This document shows positions 27,516-32,000 of a DNA stretch of 32,000 nt, in pieces. Below the pieces are notes generated by a model, which saw only the letters and a program-made list of their open reading frames with translations, was not told the DNA's origin and searched no databases. The stretch comes from Candidatus Wallbacteria bacterium. Its GTDB lineage: Bacteria > Muiribacteriota > UBA9980. The stretch lies in contig JASDSY010000026.1 in assembly GCA_041441465.1 (NCBI GenBank), positions 210,969-242,968 of the forward strand, read 5' to 3'. A program made the translations under genes and the position numbers. Numbering within the stretch: position 1 is the first letter of the stretch; the number at the start of each line of letters is the position of its first letter.

Positions 27516-27557
27516 AATTAAAAGCACCTTCCATTTATAAAAAAAATAAAATACGAA

Positions 27558-27599
27558 ACAAAAATAAAAAAACAGGGAATTTTAACAAAAAATCCCTGT
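27558..27599 (-). terminator. rho-independent terminator after the GT51-like gene, immediately upstream of the giant gene
   Basis: Minus-strand stem ACAGGGA (27599-27593) pairs with TCCCTGT (27578-27572). 14-nt loop, then TTTTTTTATTTTTG. Confidence 0.7.
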
Positions 27600-27650
27600 T
27601 TATATTATATCATAAAGTTATTAAAAGAAAAATAAATTTATTAAGTAATT

Positions 27651-28427
27651 TTAATAATTAAATTTTACATTATCGCAATTTATTTCATTAAATTCTGTTT
27701 CATTGATAAAACCTGCTTTTTTCATGTTATATAAAGTTTGTTTTTTTATTTTTTGAGCCGTTTCGGCATTTTTGTTCAATTCTTTTTTCGTATCATTTTT
27801 AAGCATCGAAGATAAAATAGCGCATTCGGAAGATGTAAGCTCAACCGGTCTTTTATTAAAATATGCCGTAGCGGCCTCTATAATTCCCTTTTTACCTTCA
27901 AATTCCGAGTTATTGGCATAGATTTCAAATATTTTTCCCTTGCCGAGTTTAAGTTCCATTTTGAATGCAAGCATTGACTCGCGCAGACGTTCTATGTACT
28001 CCTGAAAAAAAGAAGACTCGCCGCCAAAAAAAGATTTTAATTTTTCAGGCTGCCCGACTTTTTCGAGCGCCATCCTGGCCACGCGCTCGGTTATAGTCGG
28101 AGTATACTCGATATTTTTATTGCCAAGCAGCAAATTTTCACTAACATATTTATAAAGACCCTGGAAATCAATTCCTTTGTGTGTAAAATAACACGGATCA
28201 AAATTAGCGGCAACCGATTTCACAAAAAAATCAGGCATATCACGATACTCGACGCTTAAAATTTTATCAGAATCCATAGCTTTAATAAGGTCAGTTTCAG
28301 GCAGGCCCGTGTAAATTTTCACTAACACGCCTGTAAATGCCATAATACAAAATGCTAAACCAACCGAAAGCCAGAATAAAGCAGCAAACAAACTATAGAC
28401 TTTGCTCTCTTTAAATACTTTCATCAT
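27651..28427 (-). CDS. divergent GT51 (peptidoglycan glycosyltransferase / MtgA-like) membrane protein lacking the motif-1 catalytic Glu (258 aa)
   Basis: GGGGAG lies upstream of the ATG. N-terminal TM anchor. Aligned by eye to E. coli MtgA:
- FDPCYFTHKGID versus EDSHFATHNGFD.
- TPTITERVAR versus GSTISQQLAK.
- RLRESMLAFKMELKLGKGKIFEIYANNSEFEG versus [32 protein letters not shown].
- GIIEAATAYFNKRPVELTSSECAILSSML versus [29 protein letters not shown]. Confidence 0.75.
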   Translation of the reverse strand: MMKVFKESKVYSLFAALFWLSVGLAFCIMAFTGVLVKIYTGLPETDLIKAMDSDKILSVEYRDMPDFFVKSVAANFDPCYFTHKGIDFQGLYKYVSENLLLGNKNIEYTPTITERVARMALEKVGQPEKLKSFFGGESSFFQEYIERLRESMLAFKMELKLGKGKIFEIYANNSEFEGKKGIIEAATAYFNKRPVELTSSECAILSSMLKNDTKKELNKNAETAQKIKKQTLYNMKKAGFINETEFNEINCDNVKFNY

Positions 28428-28550
28428 AATCTATCGCGCTCCCCAGTTTATGTTACTTTAATTTTTTGGAATTTAACTACTATATCGACTTAAGTATAAA
28501 AACTTTAACAAAAAAATGAAATTACCTGCGCTTTTTTAAATACGAGGTTG

Positions 28551-28579
28551 TTGACTTTTTATGCCATATTTGATAAAAT
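28551..28579 (+). promoter_or_regulatory. sigma70-type promoter (TTGACT, 17 nt spacer, TGaTAAAAT) for the DUF2760/Hsp70 operon
   Basis: TTGACT at 28551-28556, 17-nt spacer, TAAAAT at 28574-28579 with TGa immediately upstream. It overlaps the 5' end of the track ORF that starts at 28561. Confidence 0.55.
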
Positions 28580-28620
28580 CACTGATTAATATAATATATA
28601 AGACGGAGGAAAAACTTATT

Positions 28621-29109
28621 ATGAACTTGACACCCGACATGATGATTTCAATAATAACAGGAATTGTAGCAGGTTTTGCCGCAGCCATAGTGGTTATAAA
28701 AACTAGGAAAACTGTAAAATCCGAAGAAAAGAGAGCCGATGCAGTTCAGCTGCTCGGACTTTTACAGGAAAAAGGCCGATTGATAGACTTTTTAATGGAA
28801 GATATAAAAGGATATGATGACGCGCAGGTTGGTTCGGCAGTTAGAAATATACATGACGAATGCCGTAAAATTTTGAACGATTATTTTCCGCTCAAACCGG
28901 TAATTAATGTAAGCGAAGGCGACAAATACGAAGTAAGCGAAGGATTTGATCCGTCTGAAATCAAACTCACGGGCAATGTCGGAAGCAAGCCGCCGTTTAA
29001 AGGAACCGTACAGCATTCAGGCTGGGTTATTTCGGAAATAAAATTAGCGCCTAAAAATTTTACAGGCAACAATAAAGTCGTGGCCCCGGCGGAAATTGAA
29101 ATATCATAA
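28621..29109 (+). CDS. single-TM membrane protein, DUF2760-like (162 aa from ATG 28621)
   Basis: GGAGGA at 28605-28610 sits upstream of ATG 28621. The track start at 28561 lies upstream of the predicted -10. N-terminal TM: MMISIITGIVAGFAAAIVVI. Conserved-looking core: LLGLLQEKGRLIDFLMEDIKGYDDAQVGSAVRNIHDEC...EGDKYEV...IKLTGNVGSKPPFKGTVQHSGW. This matches my memory of DUF2760, a family usually encoded next to Hsp70-like pairs. Not verified by search. Confidence 0.7.
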   Translation: MNLTPDMMISIITGIVAGFAAAIVVIKTRKTVKSEEKRADAVQLLGLLQEKGRLIDFLMEDIKGYDDAQVGSAVRNIHDECRKILNDYFPLKPVINVSEGDKYEVSEGFDPSEIKLTGNVGSKPPFKGTVQHSGWVISEIKLAPKNFTGNNKVVAPAEIEIS

Positions 29110-29222
29110 AAAGCAATAACTTAAGCAAACGCGAATTAATTTTTTTACTTTATATAACGGTAAAAATTTAATTATGATTTTTCGAAATTAGTTTTTAAAT
29201 TTACTTTAAAAGGGGTAATAAA

Positions 29223-31058
29223 ATGGCTGATAAACATAAATTCGTAATAGGCATAGACCTCGGAACTACTAACTGTGCTCTGGCATATGTCGAATTAAAC
29301 GATGATAAGGATTCTAAACCCGACATCAAGGACTTCTTAATACCTCAGCTTACCGGCCCGGGAGTAGTCGAAGAAAAACCTTTGCTTCCGTCATTTATGT
29401 ACATCGCATCCAATGTCGAATTCGCCGAGGGTGCGCTTGATCTTCCGTGGGCGAAAGGACGAGGTTACTTTTTAGGCGAATTCGCTCAAAAAAGAGGTTC
29501 GGAATCACCTAAACGACTTGTTTCATCAGCTAAATCATGGTTATGCCATGAAGGCGTTTCGCGAAATGATAAAATCCTGCCGTTCGGACCCGATATCGAA
29601 TGTGAAAAATTTTCGCCAATAGAAGTCACGGCAAAATATCTGGAGCATTTAAAAGACGCATGGAATTATAAAATGGCCTCCAAGAACAAAGAAAACAGGA
29701 TGGAAGAACAATCCATACTGATAACAGTTCCGGCGTCGTTCGATGCCGCGGCGCGTGACCTTACACTTAAGGCCGCCGAAAGCGCAGGGCTTTCAAATAT
29801 AACACTCCTCGAAGAACCTCAGGCAGCATTCTATTCCTGGCTGAATCAAATGGGTGACGGCTGGCGCCGCGAAGTCAAAGAAGGCGATGTGGTATTGGTA
29901 TTTGACGTCGGCGGCGGCACGACCGATTTCAGCTTAATAGCAGTTACGCAAAAGGGCGGCGACCTTACGCTGAATCGAATAGCAGTCGGCAACCATATAC
30001 TGCTCGGCGGCGACAACATGGATATAGCGCTTGCAAACCTCGTAAGAAACAAAATCGAAGCGGCCGGCAAAAAAATCGACAACTGGCAATTCCAGGCATT
30101 ATGGTATTCGTCAAGAAACGCGAAAGAAATTATTCTTTCAGATCCAAAAATGGATAAAGTTCCGGTGACAGTACTGTCACGCGGCAAGAGCGTAATAGGC
30201 GGCGTCATAAAATCTGAAATAACGCGCGGCGAAATCGAAGAGATGTTATTAAACGGCTTTTTTCCGGCCGTAAAATCAAACGACATGCCGTCCAAAACAA
30301 TAAGGTCAGGACTCAGCGAAATCGGGCTTCCATACGCGACCGAACCTGCCATTACAAAGCATCTGGCAAAATTTTTATCGGAACATATAAACAACGAAAA
30401 TTATAACTTGAAAGGCAAGGGCAAATTCGTTCATCCGACCGCGGTCTTATTTAACGGCGGCGTCATGAAATCGGACATACTAAGGCTGCGTTCTATCGAA
30501 ACGTTGAATGATTGGCTTGCAGCAGATGCAGGCAGCAGCCTCAAAAATTTGAGCGCAGTGGACATGGCGCTTGCTGTCGCTCGTGGCGCGGCTTATTTCG
30601 GCAACGCCAGACTCGGCCGCGGAATCAGAATCAAAGGCGGCACGGCGCGTTCTTATTATATCGGAATTCAGACAGCTATGCCGGCAATTCCGGGCTTAAA
30701 GGCGCCGATGAAAGCGCTTTGCGTGGTGCCGGCGCGCACGGAGGAAGGCACGACCCTCGAAATCCCCGGCCGCGAATTCGAATTATGCGTCGGCGAAGAA
30801 AGCGAATTTAAAATGTTCTCTTCGGCAACACACAAGGAAGAGGCACCCGGGAAAATTTTAGATGAATGGGCCGAAGGCGATCTCATCGAAATGCCGTCAC
30901 TAAAAACGACAATAGAGGTACGCGAGGAAAAAACAGGAACGGTTATTCCTGTCACGCTCGAAAGCGCAGTGACTGAAATCGGAACGGTCGAAGTATGGTG
31001 CGTGGCACGAAACAATAAAAAATATAAATTGGAATTTAATATCCGCGAAAGTAATTAA
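29223..31058 (+). CDS. non-canonical Hsp70-family ATPase (611 aa)
   Basis: Actin/Hsp70 fold motifs: IGIDLGTTNCALAYV (phosphate 1), ITVPASFDAAARDLT, LLEEPQAAF, VFDVGGGTTDFSLI (phosphate 2), FNGGVMKS. The C-terminal 200 aa or so look beta-rich. There is no helical lid and no EEVD tail. AAAGGGG lies upstream of the ATG. Confidence 0.88.
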   Translation: MADKHKFVIGIDLGTTNCALAYVELNDDKDSKPDIKDFLIPQLTGPGVVEEKPLLPSFMYIASNVEFAEGALDLPWAKGRGYFLGEFAQKRGSESPKRLVSSAKSWLCHEGVSRNDKILPFGPDIECEKFSPIEVTAKYLEHLKDAWNYKMASKNKENRMEEQSILITVPASFDAAARDLTLKAAESAGLSNITLLEEPQAAFYSWLNQMGDGWRREVKEGDVVLVFDVGGGTTDFSLIAVTQKGGDLTLNRIAVGNHILLGGDNMDIALANLVRNKIEAAGKKIDNWQFQALWYSSRNAKEIILSDPKMDKVPVTVLSRGKSVIGGVIKSEITRGEIEEMLLNGFFPAVKSNDMPSKTIRSGLSEIGLPYATEPAITKHLAKFLSEHINNENYNLKGKGKFVHPTAVLFNGGVMKSDILRLRSIETLNDWLAADAGSSLKNLSAVDMALAVARGAAYFGNARLGRGIRIKGGTARSYYIGIQTAMPAIPGLKAPMKALCVVPARTEEGTTLEIPGREFELCVGEESEFKMFSSATHKEEAPGKILDEWAEGDLIEMPSLKTTIEVREEKTGTVIPVTLESAVTEIGTVEVWCVARNNKKYKLEFNIRESN

Positions 31059-31158
31059 TAAACTTTCAGGCGTTTTATTACCTATTTTAAGTTTAGCAGC
31101 ATAAAATCAGATATTTTAAAGCAACGCTTAAAATAAAAAACCAAAGGATTGATAATTA

Positions 31159-32000
31159 ATGGGCAAAGCCGCTGGAAAAAATCCAAAGGGGAAAAAAACC
31201 GCAAACTTAAGACATGTAGAGGCACTTTCATCGCGGTATTTTGTCGGTATAGACCTCGGCACGACGAATTCATCGGTCGCGTACATCGACAGATTAAATG
31301 ACGAAGGACCGCTAGACATAAAACTTTTTAACATTCCGCAGGTCATTTTGCCTGGAATTGTAGCGCCGCTCGAACTCCTGCCTTCTTTTTTCTATTTTCC
31401 GGCCGGTTTTGAATTAGGCGAAAATGCGATAAAACTGCCGTGGGACGAAACGCCGAAATACACTGTAGGTCATTTTGCCCGCGAGCAGGGCGCGCTGGTG
31501 CCAGGCCGAATGGTTTCATCGGTCAAATCATGGCTCTGCAACTCTCATGTCGACAGGCAAAAAAAGATACTGCCATGGAACAAAGATAATAATATGGAAA
31601 GTTTTTCGCCTGTCGAGATTTCGGCGCAATATCTCGCGCACATCAAAAATGCCTGGAACCATGAAATTTCAGGCGGCGATCCGGATTACAAACTTGAAAA
31701 CCAGGAAATTATTTTAACGGTGCCTGCATCATTCGATGACGCGGCCCGCGAACTCACATTAAAATCAGCCTATGACGCCGGATTAAAAAATGTGACGCTC
31801 CTCGAAGAACCGCAGGCTGCATTTTATTACTGGATTTATAAAAATAAAGTCGACTGGGCAGGCAAATTAAAAGACGGCGACATCATTTTAATCTGCGACG
31901 TCGGCGGCGGCACGACGGATTTTTCACTTGTGCTCGCGTCCAAGAATAAAGATAATTATCTCGAATTGAAACGAATCGCGGTAGGCGAGCATATACTTTT
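31159..32000 (+). CDS. second non-canonical Hsp70-family ATPase, paralogue of the preceding gene (3' end truncated by the window)
   Basis: An open frame from ATG 31159 to the window end, absent from the ORF track because it has no stop. AAAGGA lies upstream. Sequence: MGKAAGKNPKGKKTANLRHVEALSSRYFVGIDLGTTNSSVAYI...VKSWLCNSHVDRQKKILPW...LTVPASFDDAARELT...LLEEPQAAFYYW...ICDVGGGTTDFSLV. It is collinear with the first Hsp70-like protein, including the shared K-S-W-L-C motif. Confidence 0.85.
   Translation, partial: MGKAAGKNPKGKKTANLRHVEALSSRYFVGIDLGTTNSSVAYIDRLNDEGPLDIKLFNIPQVILPGIVAPLELLPSFFYFPAGFELGENAIKLPWDETPKYTVGHFAREQGALVPGRMVSSVKSWLCNSHVDRQKKILPWNKDNNMESFSPVEISAQYLAHIKNAWNHEISGGDPDYKLENQEIILTVPASFDDAARELTLKSAYDAGLKNVTLLEEPQAAFYYWIYKNKVDWAGKLKDGDIILICDVGGGTTDFSLVLASKNKDNYLELKRIAVGEHIL

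Noticed and set aside
27516-27527. GTG start (27527) of the giant ORF in the track.
   Set aside because: The GTG is part of the GGAAGGTG Shine-Dalgarno-like sequence. The ATG at 27515 sits 9 nt downstream of that sequence and begins a canonical signal peptide (MKKTMALF...).
2995-27527. ABC exporter pair acting as a type I secretion system for the giant protein.
   Set aside because: The giant protein has an N-terminal Sec signal peptide and no C-terminal RTX or T1SS signal. The ABC proteins are about 590-aa drug/lipid-exporter-type half-transporters without a C39 or CLD domain. No MFP or outer-membrane partner is present, and the genes are on opposite strands about 5 kb apart.
28561-28620. 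Upstream ATG (28561) extending the DUF2760-like ORF by 20 codons.
   Set aside because: The predicted -10 element (28574-28579) lies downstream of this ATG, and it has no SD. ATG 28621 has GGAGGA upstream and starts directly at the TM helix.
29846-31346. Minus-strand and out-of-frame ORFs (63-182 aa) overlapping the two Hsp70-like genes.
   Set aside because: They are embedded in genes with clear actin/Hsp70 ATPase motifs. The 31082-31346 ORFs are antisense to the start of the second Hsp70 gene.
1-32000. Genome-wide TGA recoding (code 4 or code 25). This was suggested by the in-frame TGA in the small ORF and by TGA ending only one of the complete genes.
   Set aside because: The 15.5-kb giant ORF and every other long ORF are open under the standard code with no in-frame TGA, and Trp is encoded by TGG throughout. 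A reassigned TGA would be expected to appear many times in more than 9,000 codons. Any TGA decoding at 2591 would therefore have to be local.
1-32000. CRISPR arrays, tRNA or rRNA genes, IS elements, integrases and prophage hallmarks.
   Set aside because: Reading all intergenic spacers (1175-1435, 2147-2503, 2666-2994, 6623-6752, 8562-8731, 10820-11085, 27528-27650, 28428-28620) showed no direct-repeat/spacer periodicity, no GC-rich cloverleaf-like stems, no terminal inverted repeats and no recombinase ORFs.

Overview
AT-rich bacterial window: coding regions look about 40% GC by eye and the intergenic spacers are much lower. I support 13 protein genes. I saw no rRNA, tRNA, CRISPR array, transposase or integrase. 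All domain calls come from reading motifs in the translations; no database was searched.

Gene order:
- (+) A secreted hypothetical protein.
- (+) A DUF4382-like lipoprotein.
- (+) A tiny, strongly signalled hydrophobic-peptide ORF interrupted by an in-frame TGA.
- (+) Two half-size ABC exporter genes forming an asymmetric heterodimer pair. The first looks leaderless.
- (-) A 2-TM channel-like / Rossmann (TrkA-N-like) / RyR-domain membrane protein.
- (-) A HEAT-repeat / TIR / coiled-coil / tail-anchored protein.
- (-) A lipoprotein whose start is fused to the stop of the upstream gene (TAATG).
- (-) A roughly 5,160 aa secreted giant protein. It has an FG-GAP propeller, an FN3-like domain, about 30 tandem Ig-like modules and a duplicated C-terminal supermodule.
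- (-) A divergent GT51 transglycosylase-like membrane protein lacking the motif-1 catalytic Glu.
- (+) A DUF2760-like membrane protein followed by two paralogous non-canonical Hsp70-family ATPases. The second is cut by the window end.

Several near-consensus sigma70 promoters and rho-independent terminators are readable.

The most interesting candidate is the adjacent TIR protein and RyR/RCK channel-like protein. The TIR protein has a SARM1-like layout (alpha-solenoid + TIR + oligomerisation module) and is membrane tethered. The pair could be a TIR-nucleotide signalling or defence module with a membrane effector. That reading is inference and is not demonstrated here.
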